Origin: Vicugna vicugna
Taxonomy: Eukaryota
NCBI GenBank assembly: GCA_013265495.1
Contig: MU058059.1
Span: forward strand, 806,001-870,000
DNA length: 64,000 nucleotides
Direction of reading: 5' to 3'
Numbering within the stretch: the first letter of the stretch is position 1; every line of letters begins with the position of its first letter. Position numbers and translations under genes: made by a program. Under the pieces are notes generated by a model. It worked only from the letters and a program-made list of their open reading frames with translations, was not told where the DNA came from and ran no database searches. This document shows positions 12,840-25,413 of this stretch, piece after piece.

Positions 12840-15800
12840 CAGTAGCTAACTTAAACCACCTTTAAACTCTATACATTTGATTAAAAAGCAAGTCCCAACA
12901 ATATGGTGTCTACAAGAAACCCACATTGAATATAATGATAAAGATATTAAAAGTGAAAGGATGTAAAATGACTTACAGTCAACTCTCATTATTTACAGTA
13001 GTTATAGTCTATAAAGTCGCTGCAAACAGTGAGTTAGCAAATATGGAACCACTGGTCCCAAGGGAAATACAAGGATTAGGTTCCTGTGAGCTTCTGGTCA
13101 CAATATTTTTTGTCAACTGATCAATACATAACTTTGTTTTACATATGTTTCTGTTTAAGGACACCCTATTTAATATAAGCTGCTGCTTTGTTAACATCGA
13201 CCTCACAACCAACAGCACTATAACTCATGCCTGAATGGCAATTAGCTAACAATTTCCTCTTCCGTAAGGCACAGCACATCCTTCTTGTACTTAGGACCTT
13301 AGACAACACCTTAGCCCTGCACTTGAGGGCCACATTAAAGAGGGGAAATCACCAACAAAAAGCACAAATGTGTAAAAAGCTAAATAGACCACAAAAAGCA
13401 CATCTGTTTACAGTATGAGAGCTAAAGCAAGGCAAAGCATTGCCTTATTCAACCTCAGCTGGGAACATGCACGTGAGGCAACTCAAAATTTGTCACTCTA
13501 TACACGTCTTTGAATGACAGAGGAAGTCTGCATGTACTGATTTTAATTAATCTATTCTGCAAATAGATTTTAGTGAATAGGAAAACTAACAAATATGGAA
13601 TCCATGAATAATGAGAATTAATTGTACCATGCAAACACTAATGAAAGGAAAGGTGCTGTGGCTGTATTATTATCAGTCAAAATAGACATCAGAGCAAGAA
13701 AAAATACCAGAGAGAAAGAAGGACACACTATTTAATGATAAAAGAGGCAAATCACCAAGAAAATACAACAATCTTAAGTGTGTATACACCAAATAACAGA
13801 GCAGCGAAATACATGAAGCAAAAAGTAATAAACCAAAAGGGGAAAAATCCAGTTTTTGCTAGAGGCTTTATCTCTCCTCTCTTAGTAATCAATAGGCCAG
13901 GTAGGCTGGACATCAGCTAGAATATAGAAGAATGAACATCATCAACCACCTGTATCAAAATGACATTTATAAAGCTTTCTACCTAAAAAGAGCAGATACA
14001 CGTTCTTTTTAAGTGCTCATGAGACATTCAGCAAGACAGACCATACTTTGTCTCAAAAATAAACCTTCCCTAATTTAATACAATTGAAACCATAGAAAGC
14101 TTATTTTTCAGACCATAATGGAATTAAACTGGATTAAATAAAATAACAGAAAGACATGTAAGGAATCTTCATATCATTGGAAACTAAGCATACTTCTAAA
14201 TAACTCATGGGACAAAGAGGAGGTATCAAAGAAAGTTAGAAAATACTTTGAACTAAATAAAAATACAACATTAAAATTTGTAAGATAGTCTAAAGTAATG
14301 CTTAGATGGAAATGTATAGTGTTAGATACTTATATTAGGAAAAAAAAAAGATCCCAAATAAACAATACGTTTCATTTTAAGTCTGGAAAAAGAGGAGCAA
14401 AGTAAAAGCAAGTAGTAAGAAGGGAACGATAAAGCGCAGAAATCAATGACACTGGAAACAGGAAAATCAATGAAACAAAAAGATGTTTCTTTGAAAAGAT
14501 TTTTAAAAATTAACAAACAAACCTATAGCCAATCTGTCAAAGAAAAATAAATAAAACACATAAATTTCCACTATCAGGAACAAAAGGGAGCTAAGAATAT
14601 AGACCCCACAAAGATTAAGCAGATAATAAGAGAACATTACAGAGAAATGTATTCATATAAATTCAAGCGATTAAATGAAATTGCCTCACTCATTAAAAGC
14701 TACCAAAACTCAGCCAAGATAAACAGAATGGTCCTATACTTCTTTAAAAAATTTAATTCATGGTTAAAAGAGCTCCCTACAAAGAAAACTCTAGGCCCAG
14801 TGAAACCAATGGTTTCATAGATGAATTCTACCAAACTTTAAAGAAGAAATGATACTATTCTACACCATCTCTGCCAGAAAATCAAAGAGGAGGGATCATT
14901 TCCCATCTCATTTATGAAGACAGCATTATACTGATACCAAAACCAGACAAAAATAGTGTATGGAAAGCCAACTATAGACCAACATTTCTCATGAACTTTG
15001 ACAAAAAAATCCTCAACAAAATATTAATGAGTTGAATCTTTCAGCATATGGAAAGAATAATAATATCATGACCAAATGAGTGTAGGTGAGTGTAAGGAAT
15101 GTAATCTCAGGAATGTGAGGCTGGTTCACTGTTTGAAAATCAGTCAATGCAATCTACCATATTAACAGTCTAAACAAGAAAATCCAGCCGGTCATATCAT
15201 TACAAGCAGAAGAAATATTTAACGATATACAACATCTTGATGATAAAAATGCACAGCAAACTGGGAATAGAAAGGAACTCCCTCACCTGAAAGAGTATCT
15301 ACAGAAACGTCACACTTCCTAGTCAAAGACTGCCTGTTATCCTCTAAGACCAGAGGAAAGAAGGCAAGAATGGTGACTCTCCTTACTCCCGTTTAACATA
15401 GTAAAAGAAGCCTTAGCCAGTGCAAAAAGGTATAAAACTGGGAGAAAAAATTAATAAATAAATAAAATGGTCTCTATTTGCAGACAACATGACTGCCCAC
15501 ATCAAAACAAATTTACAAAATAGCTCCTCTAATGAAAGAGTTAAGTAAGATCACAGGAAATAAAGTCAACATGCAAAAATCGATCCCATTTCTACACTAG
15601 CAATGAATGTTTGGAAACTGAATTGTTTTTAAATGCCATTTAAATGCTCCCTCCAAAAGAAATACTTAGGTATAAGTCTATCAAAACATTTGCAAAATCT
15701 GAAAACTACTTAATATTCATGGAAGAAATCAAAGAAGATCTAAATAAATAAAGAGACATCGTGTTCATGGATTGGAGACACGACATGATTGGGATACTAA

Positions 15801-16285
15801 TTCTCTACAAACTGGTCTATAGAGTTCACAAAATTCCAATCAAAATATCAGCAGAGTTTAATGTAGGTATAGGCAAGCTGATTCTAAAATTTATATGGAA
15901 AGGCAAAGGAACTACAATAATCAAAGCCATTTTGGAAGAAAAGATACATCAAAGGACTTCCACTACTTGAGTTTAAGACTTACTGTAAAGCTATAGTAAT
16001 CGACATGTGTGGTGTCATTGGAAGGATAAGATGAATAAAATAGAATAAAGAGTCCAAAAATAGGCCCACACAAATAGAGCCAATTAATTTTAACAAGTTA
16101 CAAAGGTAATTCAATGGAGAAATGGAGTCTCTCCAAAAAATGGTATTAGAACAATTGGATATTCAGGTGCAAAAAAATTAAACTTGACCTGTAATTCACA
16201 CCATATCCTAAAATCAACTCATTATGGACTAAATGCTTGTTGTATATACATTTCTTAAAATAATAAATTAGTAAAGTTAAAAAAA
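12840..16285 (+). mobile_element. Degraded LINE-1 ORF2 region
   Basis: Translated fragments resembling L1 ORF2 endonuclease (QENTTILSVYTPNNRAAKYMKQK) and post-RT region (IPIKIS...KLILKFIWKGKG); many stops and frameshifts; A-rich plus strand. Confidence 0.85.
12976..13624. mobile_element. TcMar-Tigger non-autonomous DNA transposon (MER82-like) inserted in L1
   Basis: About 650 bp; TIRs CAGTCAACTCTCATTATT / AATAATGAGAATTAATTG; TA dinucleotide on both sides (12974-75 and 13625-26). Confidence 0.75.
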
Positions 16286-19200
16286 AACTTTATGCCAACA
16301 GAAGAGAATTTGAGTTGGCAGACTATAAACTTTACAGTTAAGACAGTCTGCTATATAATTTATTTATTCATGGATCTCTCAGGAACTGGTAAGAGGTTTA
16401 TATAAATAAATAAAAGCTGTAACTGTCTTACAGTAAATATTTTCTTAAATACTTTTGATAGCTCTCTCTAGAACTATTTTTGCTAAATGTTTCTCACACT
16501 AATTTTAGAAGTCAAGGAACTGGCTATCTACTCAAAATTATACCATTTTTATTACCCCTTGAAATTCTTATCATACTTTGACTAATTCATTTGCAAGAGA
16601 ATGATCTTTTTATGGACAATACATTTTACTTGAAGGCAACCCAAATAAAGTTAAGTATATATTTGGTTCACCGGCAGAGAAGCTCAATAATCCCTGAAGT
16701 ATGTGTTAATCACTGAGGACTGTCCCAGAGATAAGGAAACTTGTGTCCTCACTTTCCACCTCCAGACTCTATCCTTTGATAGCTCTTCCTCAGGGGAGGA
16801 GGGGTTGCTAACCTGATTGTTCAGTGTCTTGAATTCTTTGGGTAAAACAATGGCATGAAAAGACGTTTGAGTTTGTGAGCATCTTCTTTCTCATCCTGGG
16901 GCAGGGCAGGAAATGTCCTGGCATTCTCTTGGGTGCTTTCTCATTTCCAACAACAATGTTCCAACAGTGATCTTCTTTCTTCTACTTTGACTCCATCCAC
17001 AAATTGGTAAGAATGCCTTGACAGTCCCCACACAAAACCAACAGCATCATATGGGAAGTCCAGACATCTCTTCCCAGAGCTTTTTTCTTTTCTCTCAAGT
17101 GGAAGCTTTGCTATAGTCACAGACCAAGTAGCCTGTTTAATAGCATGCACAGGAGTGAAAACATTTTTTCACATTGTTCGTGTCACTGTCTTCCCTCTAG
17201 CACTGGTGGTATGCTTCTAAATCTTCGCAAACTGATCTACAAAGAAGGATTTTACCTTCAGTTTGGGAGTAAGAAAACAGGAGGAACAAATCAGATATTT
17301 AGGAAAAGCCAAGGGTATGACTTTGGCCTTTTTTGTTGGCTTTTGCCCACAGCTTGGTTTCACCTATGTTTAGGGATATTTGGTATTTACAGAGAAATTA
17401 AACATATCTGTAATATATATATTTATTTCTCATTTAAATGTTGTTAATTTTGTGTAATTCCTATAGAGGGAAGAGAAATGAGTGATCGCCTTCAGGTAAC
17501 TGAATTCTTAAATAAGTAGTAGCCATGGCCCTTACCTTGAAGGGATTTAAAACTGGTAAGCCAAAACCAAAACCCTGTTAAGTTACAAAGGCTATGAATA
17601 GTATAAGAAGGAGGAAAAGTGTACAACTGAATTGTCTACCTTATGGGAACTGAAAAACCACCCAAAGATCTGCCCAACCCAAGCCCTGTTCCTTACAATC
17701 TGTAGATAAATTGAAACAAGAGAATGCAAGAATATTTTATACTATATAACAAGAGTGAATTGCAACTAGAGGTAAATAAAGTTACTTCTCCTTCGTTCCA
17801 GTGTACTTCTGGACTGGAACTTGCTTCATGAATCTCTGTCACCTTTCACCTTGCTTTTAAAGGTAAGCAAAGAGGCAGCAGGCCCTTTAGAGGCAGGTCA
17901 ATCCGTACAGGCAAGGCCAGAACCAGAATTCAGGGTTCTTGTCTCCTTTTGCTGAAATCCACAAAGCTACAAGGGGTTTTGAGGGCATAGTACCCACTGA
18001 CCCAATTTTATGACCAGCTTATTGTTAATTTGTTATTATACTCATCTTGAATTATCCAGCACTCTTTGTTAATTTTGGAATAATCACAGCACTTGCCTCT
18101 GCTCCCTCCCTTCCCGAGTGTCAGACTGGCTTGGAGAAAGGGGTTGGGGAGTATTTCCCTTGACTTAGTACAAAAATATCTGGATCCCCAGATTATACAG
18201 ATTTAGAAGAGCAAGAGTCCTAGAAATGAGGTTGTAATGCTGAAAATCTGGCAAAGTTAAAACACAATTCATTGCTCTGATTTTCTTTCAGAATAATTTC
18301 ACTAATGAGTTAGAAGACTTACGATCAGTAGACGAAAAGGTAATTGATGCAATATTTCTAGCACCCCGTTCTTATTGCCCTAAAATGCTTATGACTTTTC
18401 AAGAGAAACTCAAAATTGAGGAAATGATCCAAAAAGTGTTTCCCCACAGGTTTCTGTACATATCCAATTCAGGTCAATTTATGCCATCTCTAACAGTTAT
18501 GAAGAGATGGAACTAATATAAAACTTGGTGGGGGGGATGGAAAACTAAAGCCCTATCCAGATAGTAGGCTGCTTAAGCCAAGTCAGTCCACTCCAGAAAT
18601 TCCGCACTGCTCATCACACAACCTTTCACCCACAAGCATGCTTCTAGAAAATACCCAGTTAACATCACCCAGCCATCCTAACTGGACAACATCAGCCCAT
18701 CCCCCACCCCAGAAGTATGAGAACAGTTGCCTTTGGCTACATCTGACCTTGGACCAAAAGGCAGCTATCCCTGAAACCTGTAAGGCATTTTGTCAGGAAG
18801 ACAGGCTCTGAGGTCCAGGAAAAAGAGAATCTGAAGTCCAAAAACTCCTGCTGAGGCTGGTGAGATTATCTGTAACCAGCCTACTGGGGTAGGTGGTAAA
18901 ATAAAGATGATGTTGCTTACCTCGGATCGTAACTAGAAGGTCAAATGAGATAAATGGCATGAAAATGCTTTATAAAGTGTGAAGTAGTTTATAAATGCAA
19001 AAGAGAGCTGGTGCTTCCCAACTTTACAGATCCTATGTTGATTGAACGTCCTTCCCGGTGCAGAGCGATGTCTCCCCTTGAGTTATTTGGGATGGGCAGC
19101 AGAAGGGCTTGCTTTCCTCTGAGGCATTCCTCTGAGTCACTGCCTGTGGTGAGTGTCAGAACTGACAGAAACTCATTCTGGCCTCCTCAGCTAGCATGCT

Positions 19201-20294
19201 GATTGGGAGGCTGGAGGGGGCAGGGGGCGGGGTGAGGCTTCCTTTTCTCAAGTGTTGCTGTTTGAATTCAGTGAAGCCCAGACTCAATTCTTACCTTTTT
19301 GAAATGCATCATATCTTTCCTCCCCAACTATCTGAGGCCCATGGCCACACAGCAAATACAAAACGACCTTTCAGGTTAAAGAATCAGAACACAGTTAAAG
19401 TATTCCAGGCCCCTCTACTCTTTTCCTTACTCCCATTTTTACCACAGCAGTCTTTAATGAGAACAGAGCCTGTAATTTAAGGGGGAGGAGAGAGACTTTG
19501 ATTCTACCCTAAAGAGAGCTTCCCACCTTAACAATGACCACGCGTTAGCCGCCGCCCTCTAACTAGCCTGACCGCGCCTGAAACACACACCCATTTCCGG
19601 GCTGGGAGACTGTGGGGTTCACGCCAATACATACACGCACATGCCCGCGCGCCGCTCAACTGCAGCAAATCTGACTATTCGCCAACTTGTAGCCACAGAG
19701 AACAGCAAAAGGACTAAAGTCCTTCACCGCCAGTTCCAAAAAGGCACTGCAACCACCAGCAGCGCCGCAGTTAACAGCCTCTGTACTGCAGCCTCCGGCA
19801 GCTGGAGTCACACGTCTAACTCCTTGAGGAGTATCGCTCTTCTGCCCTTCATCCCACTCCCCGGGCTTTATCCTCTTCTCTCCTCAGGAGGTCGCGAGGA
19901 ACCAGGTCTCCGTGCCACTTCTACAGAAGAGGAAGTGGCACTGAGGAAGGTTCCTACCGAAGTAGCCCGAAACCCGCTCCTCTTTGCCCCATCTCTCCCC
20001 ACTCCCGCTAAAGTAGGCGCCTGTGCCGCTGACGAACGTCCCAGTTCTCAAGGGCCCTGAGTCCAACGGGACATGGAGGAGCTAGGCGGGAAGCGGCGAG
20101 ACAACAGCTGAGATGGTTAGGACAGGTGGGGCGGGACTGAGGAGAGGGACACTCTCTTGCCGACCCCGCTCACAGACAGTAACTCCAAAACGCTCAGGTG
20201 GGCAGTATAGGAAAGGCCCCTTCTCCCTGTTCTCTCCCTTCCCTTCCCCGCTCCCCTCCTGGACACCTGGTGAAAGAGAAAGGTGCAGGTGTAC

Positions 20295-20310
20295 CTGGAG
20301 CGAACACCAT
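20295..20310 (-). CDS. AKAIN1: A-kinase anchor inhibitor 1 (C18orf42), first coding exon (16 nt: MVFAP + G); remaining coding exon not seen in this window, expected to the left of position 1
   Basis: Minus strand ATG GTG TTC GCT CCA G|GTACAC matches the AKAIN1 N-terminus MVFAPG as recalled; located in a CpG island; syntenic with ZBTB14 as at human 18p11.31. Confidence 0.8.
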
Positions 20311-20434
20311 GATTTTCTCCAACCGCTGCGCCCCAAGGTAGGAGAGACAGACAGACGGACGGACGGACGAAGGGTGGGCAGAAGGCCAGGACTTGGGGTC
20401 CGCGCTGGGGGCGCGCCAGCTGTGGGTCGGGACC

Positions 20435-20455
20435 GTCAGCACCTCGGACAGCTCC
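20435..20455 (+). promoter_or_regulatory. RE1/NRSE (REST/NRSF binding site)
   Basis: GTCAGCACCTCGGACAGCTCC versus consensus TTCAGCACCACGGACAGCGCC (18/21 identical, canonical 2-nt spacer). Confidence 0.8.
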
Positions 20456-20724
20456 CAGCAGCGCGATCCCGGGGCCGCGGCTCCCGCAGCGGCGCGCTCC
20501 GCCTCCACAATGCACTGCTCTGCCGGCGGCCACCCGGCGGCGGGAGGAGGAGAGCGAATGCCTGCTCAGTCCATCCCTCATTCCCGCGCCAGCTCAGTGT
20601 ACACTGCTGCTTGGGGAGCAAAACCCTTCTACCGCTTCCACGGAGAAGGAAGAACGGAAGAGGAAGAGAGAAAAGGTAATTGCCCGGCTTCCCGGCAGGG
20701 GGACAGTTAATTGCTTCTAATTAC

Positions 20725-20761
20725 CTGCTGTCTCTCGCCCCCGTGGATATCGAACTGACAT
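20725..20761 (-). CDS. AKAIN1: Candidate alternative first coding exon of AKAIN1 (37 nt: MSVRYPRGRETA + G)
   Basis: ATG...GCA G|GTAATT strong donor, phase 1 like the MVFAP exon; TATA-like run at about 20783-20794 upstream. Confidence 0.5.
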
Positions 20762-22371
20762 TTAGGATGGGCTTGCCCTTTTTTAATATATATAACTCAA
20801 AGAGCTTTACTCTAGAGGCTGACTCTGAGTTCTCTGAGTTGGGTCGGCTTTGAACAGAGGGGTGGGGCCTGCAAGTTAATAGGTCCTTGGGGTCCATGAC
20901 TCCTCTTTCTCCCAGAGTCCCAATCTTCTGCTAACGTCAGAAAGGACGCTGGAGGGAAGGACAGGCTGGCTAAGGAGCGTAAGGAGAGCGCCGCTATCAG
21001 GCGCCGCTCCCAGGCGGCTCTGAAAGCCCCCAAGCTTGGAGGCCCTCAAGGTGATCACTTTAGAGGCAGCAGGGCTGGCCAGCGCTGAGGAAAGAGACCT
21101 CGGTGAGGTAGGTCTCCACAGACAAATACACACCCTGTAAGAGGTGGGGCCAAAAGAGTTTCCTTCAAGTGTGAGAAAAGCCTTGGGACCCATCAAGAAA
21201 CATTAATGCTTCCCCCGCCTTCACCCAGTGGAAAACTGTGGCCCCATGTACAACAGTTCTACTCTAAAGATACTGGGACGTGTCCCGACGCTCACTTCAT
21301 GCTTCTAATACACTGCTCATTTTAAAGCTTTCTCTAGTTCCCTCAAGAAATACTTGGGTAGTGTGAGACAGCCCACAACAGGTACTACCCATCTGGGTTA
21401 CAACCCCAGTTAGAGTGACATAGGATCCTTCACTTTCAAAGCAAATGCCAGTTGCTTTGGGTTTTGGACTCTATTTTTGCAGCTGAATGGAGTTTTCCAA
21501 GAACAAAGGGTGATTAGTGTTGTTTCCATTGTTTTACAGGATTTCCTCCCTTGCACCTCTCCCAGCCATTCTGAAAATGCCATATTTCTTAATAATTTGG
21601 TTGGTGGCCATACATTTCACCCTCATTTGGCAAATATTAAGCATTCAAGTAGCCTTATTGGCACTAGATTTGTTCAAAGCCATCTGATAGATTGAAAATG
21701 CAAATAGTTTTACAGCTCTTGAACTACAGTTTGCATGGAGGCATATGGACAGTCAGAGCATAAAACAGTCAGTACTGCTCTTCGCACCTGGCTCAACACA
21801 GGCTTGAACAGATGGGGCCTGGCTCAGCAGCAAGATGCAAGTCAGCTGATGGGCAGGATGAAGTGTGTGCACGCCAGGATGCAGTCTTCTCACTTCCCTA
21901 AGTTACACCAAAAGCCAGGGACCAATGATGCTTCACTCTGTCTTTGCTGTATCACCAGACAAAGTGTGAAACGCTATTTGAAATAATCTTTCAATGACTG
22001 AAAGACCTCCTTCTCTTAACACAATCAAAAGGGCTCTCTTTTACCATCTTAATGGGTTTATTCTCCCAATGCATAAGTAATTACTCATTATTAATTTCAA
22101 GAAAAAAGCAATATAATGTAGGGAAAGAAAAAAAGGCTTGGCAAGCAGTCAGACCCAAGTACTACAACTTCACCATTTACTACTGTGTGACCTTTGATAA
22201 GTGATTTAACTGTATTATCTGCAAGGATTAAAGTATCCTGAAGGTTCGTTGTGAGGATTAAATGCGATAATGCATTAAGAGAGCACAGCCCCAATTAAAC
22301 ACATTCCAGGAAATTACTGACACTCTGGACATAGATGACACCCTATAGCAATGCAAACTAAATATGCTAGA

Positions 22372-22545
22372 TCAGTACTCTCAAACACTGACGGGCACAT
22401 GAATCCCACGGGGATCTTGTTAAAATGCAGTTCATGATCCAGTAGACTGGGGTGGAGCCAGAGGTTCTGAATTCTTAACAAGCTCCCAAGTGATGTCCAC
22501 GCTGCAGGTGCTGCTGGTCTGTAGGCTGCATTTTGAGTAGCAAGT
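22372..22545. mobile_element. MER5A-like hAT DNA transposon
   Basis: GGGGATCTTGTTAAAATGCAG...TAACAAGCTCCCAAGTGATG...TTTGAGTAGCAAG motifs. Confidence 0.75.
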
Positions 22546-24396
22546 TGTAGATGTGTTATCATTTAAAAAGAGAGAAATTATTTCTCTCTCCTCCAACATC
22601 AGAGCACATCTTTCCAAATGTTAGGGAGGAACCCAGATGGATTCCCAGAGACTTCCAAACTCAACAGAGGCCAAGTAGAAAGGAAGAAAGAATGCCTGGA
22701 AAAGTCCCAGAGCTCCTTTGATCAGCCTGCTGTGGCAACAGGAGCTGGTATGATCCAGTAGAAATCAATGTGAAAGGTCAAGGACAGAAGGTAAAACTCT
22801 CTTCTCAGCCCCATCTTTAGCTGTTCTCTGCCCTTCTTCCTCCCATCACCTCTTCATTTTGTCTACCCAACACACCACTGCTACCTAGCCAGAGGACAAC
22901 ATACTCCCAGTCCGGTGTTTGCTTGTTTATATTTCAATAAGAACAATTAATTTTATTCCCAATAAAACCACAGCACTTTAATAAGTTTTTTATTTACAGT
23001 TATTTCCTCAGTAAATTTTTTACATTCAACAATATTGTCTCCAATTTTTTATTACTACTGGAATTACTGTTTTGATAGTTTAATTTAAATATCCTAAAAA
23101 TGGTACTAGGTTTTTTTACATCATAATGTAAGTGATCAATTTAATAATAGAAGGCTTCAGAGAAAAATAAAAATTCCCCTCTACTTTATCAAAAGAGCCA
23201 GATTCTTTGATAGATCATTTATCCAGTCTTAGCCCTCATCTGAGGCTTAAGTTCCCAATACAGTCTCACTCTGTCTCTTTTTAAACACCTCCACTCAGGG
23301 TGAGTCACTCCTCAGTCCACTGCATTTTGACATGGTCATCTATCAGAGAGGCAGCCCACCACCTCCACCACCATCTATCTCATTCCATTATCCTCCCTTC
23401 CAGTAAGTGATGGGAATGGTAATGGGAAGCAAGATAGTAAACATGTTGGGCCAGATGCCCCAACTTTCCTGCTCTGGTGCTGAGCTTATCAAACTGGGCA
23501 TTCCTACCCCTACAGAGACTTGAACAAGGTGCTGGATGAACCAAAGGCATAGAAAAAAAATTTTTTTAAATCATCTAATAAAACCAACTATTTTACTTGG
23601 AGACTTGGGAGAATATTTTACATGGAAATAAACAGGGATACACTATGAAGCAGTGATTTATGTGACATATAAACATTAAACTGAAGACTCCAGAGAAATC
23701 ATCACAGGCAGGTCAGGGCTATAACTCTGAGATTTCCCCAAGTCCCTAACCATTCCCCCTAACATTCATTTATTCTACTCTGTCCTTAGAGTTTTCACAA
23801 ATAGAAAAGTTTGAAAACCCATCCTGAAATATTCCCACAGTTGCCATGATTTGCAGTTCACCTTGGTTCCAGCCAGACCCAGAGTATTTCCAAGCTACTA
23901 ATTTTACATGCATTATTCAATCAACTAAAATTTTAAATAATTTTTAGCATCTCTGAGGACAGTTGAAACAGATTGAAAAGAAGCATTTTTCATTATGAAG
24001 CATTAAACCATAACTGTTTCCAAATGTCTTATTTTGTAGGTTTCAAATGATTACAGAAATGAAGTATTGGAGAAGAACTCTTTTCTTCTCCTAAGAGCTG
24101 CTAGAAGTTGTTGAATTGGACCTAAGGAAAAGCCTAGAGGTGAATTAAGCAGAAATTTAAAAAGGAATAAGAGAATGTGGTACAGGGAGTCATGAAAACA
24201 GAAAAACTGAATGAGAAAAAAGACATTGGAAAACTAATCTTTGTGCTATCCAAACTGTAAAGCCTCAACAAGAGTGTGGTAAAAATACAAAGAGATAGAA
24301 ATGACATAATTTGGGGAAAAAAATGAAGATAGAAGATGGAATAAAGGGGGAGGCAGAATAAAAATGACTAGGCTCATTAAAAAAAGAAATGGGAAA

Positions 24397-25413
24397 TGTT
24401 AAAGAATTTGCCAGCTTAGAAAGTACAAGACAAAGTCTCTGTAGGTTTGCATTTTATGAAGCAGTTTATGAAACCCGTGAGTCTTTAAAATGGACTATGA
24501 AAAGCTATATTTTGTGAAAGGAAACATCAGCAAAACTTCCTTATTGGAAAAAGTACATTAGAACAGTTAAAATTTTGTAGTATGTTTACGTTCCAAGATG
24601 TCCCTTTGCTCCATGTAAGGAGAGTAACCCTGTTGACCAATCAGCAAATGCCCAGTATAACTGTTACCAAGGCTGCTGCCCCAGAATCATACCCCTGCCC
24701 CTCCCTCAGATAGAAACCTACTACTGTTATCTAAGTCTCAGGAGGAAGTGCAAAGAGAAAAAACACAAGAACTGGTTAGAACCAATTAGGCCCAAGATGG
24801 CAGAGGATGTGACGTCTAGTGGACCTTGAGCCTCATTGTACGCTCACTGTAATGAATTAGCATGCTAAGTGACACACCCACCAGCACCATGACAGCTGGA
24901 TTGTCTGCACAGAGACTGAAAAGGAGAGCTGCACCAGTTCAGGGTCTAAACCACACCCCTGTTCTCGGATAACTCGTAAGTATTCCTCCCACTCTTTCTA
25001 ATTTCCTCTCTTTTACTTCAACCCTCCTATATATTTAGTGTTTCCACCCAAATTGTGATGAGAAGTTGATTTTCGAACTAGGTTCCTATTCTCCATTCTT
25101 TGGCTATTGAATAATGCCTGTGCTGTTCCAGTTTCAGCGTGGTTTTGTTATTGGCTGCGTGAATCTGATTGGAAAAAGAACCTCCCTGGCCTGGACACGG
25201 GATCTCAGCCTGGGCTAGGACCTGACCAATTTGGTAACATAATTTCCTTGCTCCTGATCACTTTGGTCTATAAAAATCTCTCTCCTCGAGCAGCTCTTCA
25301 GAGCTCTTGGCTCTTAGCATCCATGAATCTGGATACTGCCTGACTCATGAATCACTCAGTAAAACCAATGTGATCTTTTCAAAATTTATGATTGTTGGAT
25401 TTTTCCTTTAACA
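24397..25413 (+). mobile_element. ERV1-type solo LTR (MER34-like) containing a nested second LTR
   Basis: Perfect terminal inverted repeat TGTTAAAG...CTTTAACA; TATAAAA at about 25269; no TSD recognisable. Confidence 0.55.
24725..25239 (+). mobile_element. Nested solo LTR
   Basis: TGTTA...TAACA termini, about 515 bp, CAAGATGGC (YY1-like) motif and TATATA at about 25028. Confidence 0.55.

Larger units (their letters stand above)
19540..21060. promoter_or_regulatory. AKAIN1: CpG-rich promoter region of AKAIN1
   Basis: High GC and CpG density around the first coding exon; boundaries by eye. Confidence 0.75.

Noticed and set aside
20113..20710. 188-, 154- and 105-aa ORFs in the AKAIN1 island
   Set aside because: GC-rich chance ORFs; only the MVFAPG segment before a splice donor matches a known protein
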